A stretch of 64,000 nt of DNA from the NCBI RefSeq assembly GCF_030028105.1, contig NC_092374.1:174864057-174928056 (forward strand). Reading direction: 5' to 3'. Of this stretch, positions 47,897 to 59,689 are shown in pieces. A program made the position numbers and the translations under genes. The first letter of the stretch is position 1. The number at the start of each line of letters is the position of its first letter. This stretch comes from Mobula birostris (taxonomy: Eukaryota). The notes under the pieces are model-generated. The model did no database searches. It worked only from the letters and a program-made list of their open reading frames with translations, and had not been told where the DNA came from.

Positions 47897-49320
47897 TGGA
47901 GGGTAACTGTCGGGATTGTGGAATGGGTGGTGGTCACGGTGGGGATTGTGGAGGGTACAGGGAAACTATGGGGTCTATGAGGGGTACGAGGTAACTGGGA
48001 TTTGGGTGGGGGATGGGGTAACTGGGGATTGTTGGGGGGATGGGGTGACAGGATTGTGGGTGGGACTGGGTAACTGGGGATTGTGGGGGGACAGGGTAAC
48101 TAGGGATTGTGGGAGTGATGGGGCGACTGTGAGGATTGTGTGGGTGATGGGGTAACTATGGAGATTGTGGGGGGATGGGTAACTGGGGATGATGGGTGAA
48201 ACTGTGGGGACGGGGTAACTGGGTATTGGGATGGGGTAGCTCTGGGTATTGGGGACAGGGTAACTGTGGGGATTGTCAGGGAGATGGGGTAACTCGGGAT
48301 TGTGGGTGGGACTGGGTAACTGGGGATTGTGGGGCGACTGCTTAACTGTGGGGATAGGTTAACTGGGGTTTGTGGCAGAGACAGAGTGACAATGGGGATT
48401 GTGGGAGCGATGGGGCGACTATGGGGATTGTGGGCGTGATGGAGTAACAATGAGGATTGTGGGGGAAGGGTGAAACTGTGGGGATGGGGTAACTGTGGGT
48501 GTTGAGACAGGGTAACTGGGTATTGGGGGATGGGGTAACTGGGAATTGTGGGGGGAACAAGGTAACTGGAGATTGTAGGGGTGGAGGTAACTAGGGATTG
48601 TGGGGGCTGAATGGGTGACGGGATTGTGGGTGACGGGGTAACTGCAGGGATTATGGGGGTACAGGGTAAATGAGGTTTGTGGGGGTATGGGGTAACTGGG
48701 GGTTGAGGGTAACTTTGGGGATTATGGTGGGGAGGGGTGTAATTGTGGTGGGGATGGGGTAATGGGACTGTGGTGGGGATGGGGTAACAGGATTGTGGTA
48801 GGGATGGGGTAACTGTGGGGATGATGGGTGAAGCTGGGGGGTTGGTACCAAGGTATTGGAGATGGGGTAACTATGGGGATTGTTGGGGGTAGGGGTAACG
48901 GGATTGTGGAGGGAGTGGTGGTGATTGTGGGGCAGTGGGGGTGATTTGGGGTGACAGGTAACTGGGGATTGTGGGGTGTACAGGGTAACGGGATTGTGGG
49001 AGGATGGGGTAGCGGCATTGTGGGGTGTGTAGGGGTGACTGGAGATTGTGAAGGGGTTTGGTGGTGACTGTGGGGATGGGGGAATGGGGTAAAGGGATTG
49101 TGGGGGATAGGGGAAACTAGGGATTGTTGAGGGAGTGGTGGTGGGGGTGATTGGGGTGACAGGGTAACTGGGCATTGTGGGGGGTGTAGGGGTGACTGGG
49201 GATTGTGGAAGGGGTTAGTGGTGACTGTGGGAATCTGGGGGGACAGGTCTAACGGTGGGGATTGTGGGGGGTGATGGGGTAACTGTGAGAATTATGAAGG
49301 TAACTGTCGGCATTGTTGGG
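47897..49320 (+). repeat. G-rich intron-2 satellite, right block
   Basis: Same unit type as 33790-34400; resumes immediately after the LTR. Confidence 0.92.
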
Positions 49321-49388
49321 GGTGTGATTTTGAGCCACGTTTGACAGATGTGGATGTGCCCACCACCCCCCCCCCGGGTTTGTTCCAG

Positions 49389-49661
49389 GGATCCACATTT
49401 ACCAGTTTATGGTTGGCTGTGAGCTCCGTGACGACGGGACCACCAGCGGGTTCATTCAGTACGGCTGGGACGGGTCAGACCTCATCGCCTTTGACAAGGA
49501 CCAGATGGTGTGGGTGACCCCTGTGCCCTGGGGTCAGATCACCAAGGACAATTGGGACCAGGATTCGGACTACAACCAGTACAACAAGGGTTACCTGGAT
49601 CAGGAGTGCATTGACGCAGTGAAGAGATACGTCAAGGCCGGGGAGAGTCACCTAGAGCCCA
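49389..49661 (+). CDS. MHC class I alpha2 exon
   Basis: ttccag|(G)IHIYQFMVGCELRDDGTTSGFIQYGWDGSDLIAFDKDQMVWVTPVPWGQITKDNWDQDSDYNQYNKGYLDQECIDAVKRYVKAGESHLEP|gtgagt; both cysteines present, 273 nt, phase 1. Confidence 0.97.
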
Positions 49662-49910
49662 GTGAGTGGGGGGGGGGGAATGTGTGTCTAGCAGTGACCC
49701 CCCCCTCACACTTGCACTGTGCCCCCTTCCACCCGTCTCCTCTCTCTGCCCCGTCTCCTCTCTCTGCCCCATCTCCCCTCCTCTCTGCCCCGTCTCCCCG
49801 TCTCCCCATCTCCCCATCTCCCTCCCCGTCTCCCCATCTCCCTCCCCGTCTCCTCATCTCCTCTTTCTCCCTTCTTCCCAACACTCACTGCCTCTTCTCT
49901 CCCACCCCAG

Positions 49911-50174
49911 ATCCCCCCGAAGTCTCGTTCACCGCCTCCAAGGACGGCCGCCACCTCTCCTGTGTGGCCACTGGCTTCTACCCTCAGTCTATCAACGTGA
50001 CTATTCTGCGGGACGACCGGATCCTGGAGGAGATCCATTCCCACGAGGTCCTGCCCAATCACGACAACACCTACCAGCTGACCAGGACGGTGCAGGTGGA
50101 GCCCATGGACACAGCAGAGTTCTCCTGTCGGGTGGAACACCGGAGTCTCCCCGAGCCCCTCGTCATGTTGCTGG
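49911..50174 (+). CDS. MHC class I alpha3 (Ig C1) exon
   Basis: PPEVSFTASKDGRHLSCVATGFYPQSINVTILRD...VLPNHDNTYQLTRTVQV...FSCRVEHRSLPEPLVMLL; cccag acceptor and gtaag donor. Confidence 0.97.
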
Positions 50175-50452
50175 GTAAGAAACACTCACTGGTGGGGCGG
50201 TACACGGGCAGTGAAAGTGAGGGGGCTTGGCTGACCACTGGCCCAAGGCTGGGACACTGTTGACCTCTGGTTCAAGAGCACAGTGAGGGGTCACTGTTGA
50301 CCATAGGCCCAGGGTTGGACAAAGGGAGGAATCCATGTTTCTAAGACAGGGTGGTTGGTGGGATGGGAGAGTGTGGGTGGGATTGGTCTAGGAGAATCGG
50401 GGTTAACACTGTCTCTGTCACTGATGTGACTGTTTCTCTGAATCAGCAATAG

Positions 50453-50554
50453 ATCTGAAGCCCAACTCCATCCCGATCTTGGTCATCGCTATAGATGTGG
50501 TCCTGGTGATCCTGGTGATGGTCATCGCTGTTGGTGTTGCCTACAAAAAGAAAG
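50453..50554 (+). CDS. MHC class I connecting peptide/transmembrane exon
   Basis: DLKPNSIPILVIAIDVVLVILVMVIAVGVAYKKK|gtagga; a second in-frame acceptor would start the exon at 50447. Confidence 0.9.
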
Positions 50555-51570
50555 GTAGGACAGAAGGGAGTTGGACTGTTCCCCTGGGGAAGGGGGCTTG
50601 GGAAGGGTGTGTCCTCCTGGCATTCCTCAGCGAACCCCATCCCAGTACCCTTGTGTTTCTACACCCAAGGGTGCCCACATCCAACCCCACCATTCCCCAC
50701 CACGTTTCCTCCTCCCATTATAACAGTTTCCTCCTCTTAACTGTCGGTAATGTGTCAACCTCGACCACCACCCCCAGCAGTGTTCCATTCACCCCCCTGA
50801 CATTCACCCTCTGTACTTTCTTTCAATCAACCTCATAGGGATGTTCTTTGGTACTAGACATTGCTTTCCTGCTTAAAGCCAAAGCTGTTGTCCATGTTAT
50901 CTAAACCTCTGATCATCTTATAGAGTAACGGTCACAATTCCCCAGTTCGAGAGCCGTTGGGTCAGACTGCAAGGATTTAGTCCCTTGGACACGACCTGCC
51001 ATTGCTGATCACATACTTGCACACTCTGATCCCATTTCCTTGCCCTCTCTACCTTGGTGATTCAGATGCCTGTCTAGATCTATCTTCAATGTTGTGAGAG
51101 TCTGTCTTCACTGCTCCGTCAGTGTGTTTGATTCCAGCCATCTTCTGGGGCAGGGTGCATGAAATATTCTTTCCTCTGGTCACTCCCAGTTTCTCTCTCC
51201 TCACTGACCGATTCTGATCTTGGACTCCTCTGCTCAGGGAAATCAGTTCCTCCTACCTGCCCCACCTGAGCCTCTCATTACCGTGTGCATCCATACCTGG
51301 TGGACCTGACCAGGGTCAGGGTCAGTATTAGAGTAAGTGGTCACTCCAAACCTCCCACTGACCACTCTGTCACACTCCAGCTTTGTTCCGTCTCATGGCC
51401 TTAAAATGAGTTGGGGCCACACTGATCCTGTTGGATGTGTCTCCTTTCACAGCTTGTGCCTTGAGTTCTGTTTGATTGGAATTCAGAGCTCACTGGGCAG
51501 GAGATGAATCTATCTGGTTATATGCTGGGGATGTGGGACCATTCTCATTGACTGTCTCTGTGTCTTACAG

Positions 51571-51615
51571 CAGGCTGTTTTTCATCAGGGAACAAGGGCT
51601 ACAATCCCACCAAAA
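51571..51615 (+). CDS. MHC class I cytoplasmic exon 1
   Basis: ttacag|AGCFSSGNKGYNPTK|gtaagt; Tyr motif GYNP; phase 1 to phase 1. Confidence 0.85.
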
Positions 51616-51883
51616 GTAAGTTTACTGTAAGTCACAGCTGGGTGGTTGTGTGACATTGTTCATGTTCACTGGGTCTCATCAACAGAACAGGGGTTCTGTG
51701 CGTGTGTGTGTCTCTGTGTCTGTGTGTACAACACCTTTGTGCATGTCTCTGTCGGTGTGTGTGATTATCCGTATATACCTGTGTTTGTGCAGTGGTGTAT
51801 TGTGTGCATGTGGCTGTCTTTGTTTCTCTGTGTCTGCACTGCATTGGTAGTAAATGCTTTCCTGCCTGTCCTTCCATTCACAG

Positions 51884-51930
51884 CTTCTGACAAAGGAGAA
51901 TCCTCCTCCAACTCCTCTGCCATGGCCTGA
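51884..51930 (+). CDS. MHC class I cytoplasmic exon 2 with stop codon
   Basis: tcacag|TSDKGESSSNSSAMA*; TGA at 51928-30, donor gtagg at 51932. Confidence 0.85.
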
Positions 51931-52484
51931 GGTAGGAACCGTGTTGGGCTCTGGTCAATGCTGGGCTTCCCAGCTCTTGTCACTGGAGCTGGAGCTGGTC
52001 ATTACAGCACAGTCTGGGCACTGAGAAACCCTGGTCCGGAACCAGAGCTGTGGGATGGGCTGTAACCAGTCCCCACAGCACCTCACCCTGGGAATGGCCT
52101 CCTGCTCCGTTCCATTCCAGAGATCCAGTGCCCAGTTTTCATGGTTTGTCATTGGAATTGCTGCTTTCCCAGGGTTGCCCAGTGTTTTGAGGTGGGGGTG
52201 AGGGAGGGCTAGGGAGAGTTTGGGGTATGGGGGTGTTGTGGGTGATTTATGGTGGTGGGGGGAGATGGATTTTGTGGGATGTGTTACGGTTGTGATGTGG
52301 TGGGGAATGGGTTGAATGTATAGATTATGTTGTACTGTTTATTGGGAATTGGAATCACTGGACATTATTCCCAGTGTTGTGTTGGGGGGGGGGTTTTAGT
52401 CGGTTTCATTGTCAGTGTTGGGGAGATTGACTGCTGATGCCTCACTCTATAACCATATCTCCTCGCCTCTCTCCCCCTCTGCAG

Positions 52485-53024
52485 GAAATTCAGTTCCTAG
52501 CAGGATATTGATGAAGAAATCTATGGGAACAGAGTGTAATCCTGGACTCTGGGTGATTAACGAGATATTCTCGGGGGAAATCCATGATTTATGCTTTGAT
52601 CTTTGTGCTTGGTATTACTGATAATTTGCTGATTCACTGCAGGAGACGGACTGTAATGTTGCTTTTCAAAGGAACCTGAATCACTTTAACGTGTCTGGGA
52701 TGAAGTGAAGGAGCTTAGTGGGGAACATCTCCGACCCACAGCTCAGTCCTGGTCAGCATCTGGAGACTCACAGTGGGTGACTAGATTTACTCATTCAGTC
52801 AATTTGACTGTTGACCGAGAGTGGCTTCTGGCCCCTGTGAGATGGGAGGGGAGTGGGTGGCAGGTGCTGAAGTTAAAGTGAGACTTTAAACCACGGGCTG
52901 TGGGAATGTTACAGGGACATTTGGAAGCATGATTTAATGCTGGTGTGGGGAGGAAGGGAGGGAGGGAGGGAAGGGTTCATTTGTGCTTCATTGTCCAGGC
53001 TTTTTAATACTGAATCCAAATAAA
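52485..53024 (+). other. Probable 3' UTR exon with polyA signal
   Basis: Pyrimidine tract plus gcag acceptor ending at 52484; AATAAA at 53019-24. Confidence 0.6.
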
Positions 53025-53441
53025 ATCTCTGTTTATTCCATCTCCCTGTCTGGCAGTGTTTGTGGTGGTGGGAACATTGGGATTTGAAGGATGCAGCCAC
53101 TAGGACTCTGGACAAAGTGGGAATGATGTGGATTATGGATTTAAGGAGAATCTACATTCGTGGGAGGGTGTGGGAGAAGACATGAGGAGTGGTTTCTGTT
53201 GAGGCAACAGTGACCAGGGAGAGATCTAGCAAGGCCCAGTAAAACGGTGTCTGGTACAGTGGTGACTATGTTTCTGAGATGCTCCCAGTTACCTTCTGCG
53301 AAGTTGGAAGCCAAGGATTTATGTAATCGCACCATCATACAGAATAAGGTTTACTGTCAGTGACAATGTTGTGAAATTTGTTGTTTTGTGGCTCCATCCA
53401 GACCGTGCTCTGTTCCTGCTGCTGCCATCAGGAAGAAGGTA

Positions 53442-55749
53442 TACTCGCAACACGCTGGAGGAACTCAGCAGGTCGGGCAGCATCCATGAAAATGATCAGT
53501 CAACATTTTGGGCCGGAACCCTTCGTCAGGACTGTAGAGGGAAGAGGCAGAGGCCCTATAAAGAAGGTGGGGGGGGAGGGTGGGAAGGAGAAGGCTGGTA
53601 GGTTCCAGGTGAAAAACCAGTAAGGGGAAAGATAAAGGGGTGGCAGAAGGGAGGCAGGGAGGTGATAGGCAGGAAAGGTGAAGAAAGAATAGGGGAAAAC
53701 ACAATGGGTGGTGGAAGGAGGCGGAACCATGAGGGAGGTGATAGGCAGCTGGGGGAGGGGGCAGAGTGATATAGGGATAGGGGAAGTGAGGGGGAGGGAA
53801 TTACAGGAAGTTGGAGAATTCTATGTTCATACCAAGGGGCTGGAGACTACCTAGACAGTATATGAGGTGTTGCTCCTCCAACCTGAGTTTAGCCTCATCA
53901 CGGCAGTAGAGGAGGCCATGTATGGACATACCTGAATAGGAATGGGAAGCAGAGTTGAAATGTGTGGCTGCCGGGAGAACCTGCCTGTTGTGGCAGACGG
54001 AGCGGAGGTGCTCGACAAAGCGGTCCCCCAATCTGCGTCGGGTTTCACCGATGTAGAGGAGGCCACACCGGGAGCACCGGATGCAATAGATGACCCCAAC
54101 AGACTCACAAGTGAAGTGTTGCCTCACCTGGAAGGTCTGTTTGGGGCCCTGAACAGTGGCAAGAGAGGAGGTGTAGGGACAGGTGTAGCACTTGCGCTTA
54201 CAGGGATAAGTGCCAGGTGAGAGATCCGTGGGGAGGGACGTGTGGACCAGGGCGTCATGGAGGGACTGATACCTGTGGAAAGCGGAGAGGGGTGGAGAGG
54301 GAAAGATGTGCTTAGTGGTGGGGTCCTGTTGAAGGTGGCGGAAGTTGCGAAGGATAGTGTGCTGTGTCCGGAGGCTGGTGGGGTGGTGGGTGAGGACAAG
54401 GGGAACCCTGTCCCTGTTGTGGTGACGGGAGGATGGGGTGAGGGCTGAAGTGCGGGAAATGGAGGAGATGCGGGTGAGGGCATCATTGATGACAGCAGAA
54501 GGGAAACCACGATCCTTAAAGAAAGAGGACATTTGAGATGTCCTGGAATGGAAAACCTCATCCTCGGAGCAGATGCGGCAGAGACGGAGGAACTGGGAAT
54601 AGGGAATGGAATTTTTGCATGTGGCAGGGTGGGAAGAGGTATAGTTGAGGTAGTTATGAGAGTCAGTGGGCTTGTAGAAGATGTCAGTGGACAGTCTGTC
54701 TCCAGAGATGGAGACCGAGAGATCGAGAAAGGGGAGAGAAGTGTCCAAGATAGACCAAGTGAATTTGAGGGCTGGGTGGAAGTTGGAAGTAAAGTCGATG
54801 AAATTGACGAGCTCAGCATGGGTGCAGGAAGCAGCACCAATGTAGTCGTCAACGTACCGAAGGAAAAGTTGGGGAGCAGTACCAGAATAGGTTTGGAGCA
54901 CAGACTGTTCCACATAACCAACGAAGAGACAGGCATAGCTAGGGCCCATGCGAGTTCCCATAGTTACACCCTTGGTCTGAAGAAAGTGGGAAGAGCCAAA
55001 AGAGAAGTTATTGAGTGTGACAACCAGTTTCGCCAACCGGAGGAGGGTAGTGGTGGTGGGGAGCTGGTGAGGTCTATTATCCAGAAAGTAGCAGAGGGCT
55101 TTGAGGCCTTCTTGATGGGGAATTGAGGTGTACAGGGATTGGACATCCATAGTGAAAATGAAGCGGTTGGGACCGGGGAACTGGAAGTTATTGAAGAGGT
55201 GGAGGGCATGGGATGTATCCCGAATGTAGGGGGGGAGAGACTGAACTATGGTGCCATGATGAGGCTAAACTCAGGTTGGAGGAGCAACACCTCATATACC
55301 ATCGAGGTAATCTCCAGCCCCTTGGTATGAACATAGAATTCTCCAACTTCTGGTAATTTTTCCCCCCCTCCCTTCCCCTATCCCTATGTCAATCTGCCCC
55401 CCCCCAGCTGCCTATCACCTCCCTCATGGTTCTGCCTCCTTCTACTACCCATTGTGTTTTCCCCTATTCCTTCTTCACCTTTCCTGCCTATCACCTCCCT
55501 GCTTCCCCTCCCCACCCCTTTATCTTTCCCTTTACTGGTTTTTCACCTGGAACCTACCAGCCTTCTCCTTCCCACCATCCCCCCACCTTCTTTATAAGGA
55601 CTCTGCCCCTTCCCTCTTCAGTCCTGACGAAGGGTTCCAGCCCGAAATGTCAACTGATCTTTTCCATGGATGCTACCCGACCTGCTGAGTTCCTTCACTG
55701 TGTTGTGAGTGTTGCTTTGACCCGAACATCTGCAGATTATTTTGTGTTT
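53442..55749 (-). mobile_element. Penelope-like element (RT plus GIY-YIG ORF 53801-55150) with an inverted copy of its 3' end
   Basis: MGTRMGPSYA, RYVDD, GVIYCIRC..C...YIGET; inverted 3' copy at about 55250-55749; 12-bp TSD AGGAAGAAGGTA at 53430-41 and 55750-61; both hammerhead cores mutated. Confidence 0.93.
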
Positions 55750-55869
55750 AGGAAGAAGGTACAGGAGCCTCAGGACTCTCACCACCAGGTTTAGTAACAG
55801 TTATCACCCCTCAACCATCAGGCTCTTTAACCAGGGGCAATAAATAACAGGTTTTCATAAGACAGTAAG

Positions 55870-58800
55870 ACTCAGGAACAGAATTAGGCCATTTGGCCCA
55901 TCAACTCTGCTCTGCCTTTAGATCATGGCTGATCCCTTTTTCTTCTCCTCAGCCCCACTCCCCAGCTTTCTCCCCATAACCTTTGATGCCGTGTCCAATC
56001 AAAAATCTGTCCAGTCTTCCTTAAATACACCCAATGACCTGGTCTCCACAGCTGCCTGTGGTAATGAATTCCACAAATTCACCACCCTCTGGCTAAAGAA
56101 ATCTCTATATCTCTGTTTTAATGGGCACCCATCTATCCTGAGGCTGTGCCCTCTTGTCCTACACTCCCCCACCATGGGAAACATCCTTCCACACTACTCT
56201 GTCTAGGCTTTTCTTTTTTTTTGGCGTGTGCCTGCGTGCGTGCGGGTCTATGCGTGTGCGTGTATGTGTCCGTGATGATGGATTTTTCATGATTTTTTTC
56301 CAAGGTGCAGAGCGAGAGAGAGAGAGAGAGAGAGACTGTGGAGCGTCACTCCTCACACAGACATTTTCACAGTATTTTCCCTTTGTTTTACGTGGTCTCG
56401 ACACAGATGGAAAGCATGCTCGGGGGCGGACCTGACTAGTTTCGAACTCGGGAACCTCCACTCCCAGGTCCGGCACTGATGTCATTTTGCCACCAGCCGG
56501 CCCCTATCGAGGCTTTTCAACAAGATTTCAATAAGGTCCCCCCCTCATCCTTCTAAATTGCAGCGAGTACAGACCCAGTGCTATCAAACATTCCTCGTAT
56601 GATAACCCTTTCATTCCCAGAATCATCCTTGTGAACCTCCTCTAGACCCTCTCCAATGCCAGCACATCTTTTCTTAGATGAGGAGCCCAGAACTGTTCAC
56701 AATACTCGAGGTGAGGCCTCACCAAAGCCTCATAAAGCCTCAGCATCACATCCTTGCTCTTGTATTCCAGACCTTTTGAAATGAATGCTAACATTGCACT
56801 TGCCTTCCTCACCACTGACTCAACCTGCAAATTAACCTTCAGGGTGTTCTGCACAAGGACTCCCAAATCCCTTTGCATCTCAGATTTTTGGATTTTCTCC
56901 CCATATAGAAAATAGTCTGCACATTTATTTCTACTACCAAAGTGCATGACCATGCACTTTCCAACATTATATTTCATTTGCCACTCTCTTGCCCATTCTG
57001 CTAATCTGACTAAGTCATTCTGCAGCCTACCTGTTTCCTCAACACTACCTGCCCCTCCACCAACCTTCATATCATCTGCAAACTTGGCAGTAAAGCCATC
57101 TATTCCATCATCTAAATCATTGAAATACAGCGTGAAAAGAAGCGGTCCCAACACTGACCACTGTGGAACACCGCTAGTCACTTTGGCAGCCAACCAGACA
57201 ATGATCCTTTTATTCCCACTCACTGCCTCCTACCAATCAGCCAATGCTCTAACCATGTTAGTAACTTTCCTGTAATACCATGGGCTCTTCACTTGGTAAG
57301 AGCCTCATTTCTGGGACCTTGTCAAAAACCTTCTGAAAGTCCAAATAATACAACATCCACCACATCCCCATTTATTTATCCTACTTGTAATCTCCTCAAC
57401 CAATTCCAATAGGTTTGTCAGGCAAGATTTTCCCTCAAGGAAACCAAGCTGACTTTGTCCTATCTTGTCCTGTGTCCCCAAATACTCCATAACCTCATCC
57501 TTAACAATTGACTCCAACATCTTACCAGCCACTGAGGTCAGGCTAACTGGTCTATAATTTCCTTTCTGTTGCCTCCCTCCTTAAAGAGTGGAGTGACGTT
57601 TGCAATTTTCCAGTCCTCTGGCACCATGGCAGAGTTCAATTATTTTTGAAAGCTCATTACTAATGCCTCCACAATCTCTACCGCTACCTCTTTCCGAACC
57701 CTAGGGTGCAGTTTATTGGGTCTGGGTGACTTGTGTAGCTTTCAGCTTTTTTGAGCACCTTCTCGCTTGTAATAGTAACTGCACTCGCCCCTCATCCCTC
57801 ACACTCTTCAATGTCTGGCACACTTCTAGTGTCTGCCACAGTGAAGACAGATGCAAAATACTCATCTCCATCTCCTTGTCCCCTGTTATTATTTCTCCGG
57901 CCTCATTTTTTTACCAGCAGAGCCACGTCACCCCCTCTGCCTACCTTTCTATCCCTCCGATACAACATGTAACCTTGGACATTTGGCTCCCAACTACAAC
58001 CATCCTTCAGCCACGATTCAGTGATGACCATAACATCATACCTGGCAATCTGTAAAAGTGCAACAAGATCATCCAGCTTTTCTCTTATACTCCGTGCATT
58101 GAGATATAACACTTTGAGTGCCGTATTTGCTACCCTTTTTGATTTTGCAACCCCAATGCACTGATACTCGCCCTGTTGGCTGCACTTTTGTCCTGTCATC
58201 TGCCTGCCCTTCCTGAGTCTGACTGCACGCTATTTTTGCTCATTTACCGTCTGTCCTATCCTGAGTCCATTCACTCTGGTTCACAACCCATTACTTTTGA
58301 ACAGGTCATGCCTCCTCTAGAAGAGATCCCAATGATCCAAGAACCCAAAGCTCTGCCCCTGCACCAGCTTCTCAGCCACGCATTAATTTGCCAAATTTTC
58401 CTGTTTCTACCCTCACTGGTGCGTGACACAGGCAGCAATCCAGAAGCTACTACCCTGGAGATCCTGCTTCTCAGCTTTCTGCCAGCTCTCTAAATTCTCT
58501 CTTCAGGACCTCTTTGCTTTTCCTTCCAATGCCATTGGTACCAGTATGTACCAAGACATCTGGCTGCACTCCTTCCTTTTCCAAAATATTGTAAACGTGA
58601 TCCGAGACATCCCTGACGCTGGCACCAGGGAGGCAACATAACACATCCCGGTGTCCCGTTCACATCCACAGAATCTCCTGCCTGTCCCCTGACTATTGAG
58701 TCCCCTAACACTACCACTCCCCTCTTCTCTCTCTTTCCCTCTGCACCACAGACCTATGCTCAGTGCTGGTAACCCAGTCTCCATGGCATTCACCTGGGGG

Positions 58801-59150
58801 GTCACCCCCACAACAGTATCCAAAACAGTATACTAATTATTGAGGGGAACGGCCACAGGGCTGCTCTGTGCTAACTGCCCATTCACATTTCCATTTATCC
58901 TGACGGTCACCCAGCTACTCGTCTCCTGCAACTTCGGTGTGACTACTTCCCTGTAACTCTGATCGATTTATCCTCACTCTCCCGTACAAGCTGAAGATCA
59001 TCCAGCTGCTGCTCCAGATCCCTGACACAGTCTTCAAGGAGCTGCAGCCGGATGCTTTTCACACAGATGTAGTTCCCTGGGAGACTCTGGGTCTCCCAGG
59101 ACTCCAGCATCCAGCATGAAGAATATATAACAGCCGTTTACTACACCAGG
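55870..59150 (-). mobile_element. Long degenerate CR1 including an ORF1 esterase remnant
   Basis: VVLGDSIVRG (58490-58717), YLNARSI and ITESWL endonuclease motifs, KFADD RT. Confidence 0.85.
56214..56509 (-). mobile_element. tRNA-derived SINE with polyA tail and 9-bp TSD
   Basis: Minus strand GGCCGGCTGGTGGCAAAATG (A box)...GTTCGAAAC (B box); AGGCTTTTC at 56205-13 and 56510-18. Confidence 0.8.
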
Positions 59151-59689
59151 TACAGTAAGAGAAACCAAAAGGGAACTTTAACAAAATCTAATCCGGAGCC
59201 AAAATCTCTTTTGAGCCAAAGCTTGACATTCCTACTCTCACCACTGGCCTACTCCCGATGATGGTCACCCGCTTGTCCCTTCTGTACTTTTAAACAAGCA
59301 TCACTGACCTGTGAGAAATCTCGTCGCTGTGGCCTCTTCCTGCCGCTGATTGGGCTACTTGTTTGTTCCCTTTTAAAAATATATTCACTGTAATTTACAG
59401 TGTTTATAATTGTGTTGCCGTTGCAGAACAACAAATTTCACGGCAGTGATATTAAACTTGATTTTGATATTTATTTAGTATTTTCTCAACCTGTGTTCCT
59501 TTACACATTCGTTGTTAGTCTGTCTTGTTGATGCAGTCTTTCATTGATTCTATTGTGTTTCTTGGATTTACTGTGAATGCTGGCAAGTAAATGAATCTCG
59601 GGGTTGTATTCATGACTTTCTTTGTTCATTTTGGGGCCAGAGTTTCTGATCAAAGTGTACAATATCCCGACTCTGCAGGACACTGTCTC

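Larger units (their letters stand above)
15576..53024 (+). other. MHC class I heavy-chain gene locus (promoter to polyA signal); lineage not assigned
   Basis: Exons in canonical order (leader, alpha1, alpha2, alpha3, TM, 2 cytoplasmic, 3' UTR) with GT-AG boundaries and phase-1 junctions from alpha1 onward. Linking the 15.9 kb leader to this gene is inferred. Confidence 0.9.

Noticed and set aside
49911-50174. Missing canonical Trp after FYP in alpha3 as a sign of pseudogenisation
   Set aside because: Both cysteines and the other C1-set motifs are intact, and I recall aliphatic residues here in other chondrichthyan class I, so it is not counted as a lesion.
49409-50263. A single 284-aa CDS
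   Set aside because: It is alpha2 + open intron 3 + alpha3 + intron 4 read-through; canonical splice sites define separate exons.
56420-56505. tRNA gene
   Set aside because: A and B boxes are present, but it is embedded in a TSD-flanked, polyA-tailed unit, so it is a SINE head.
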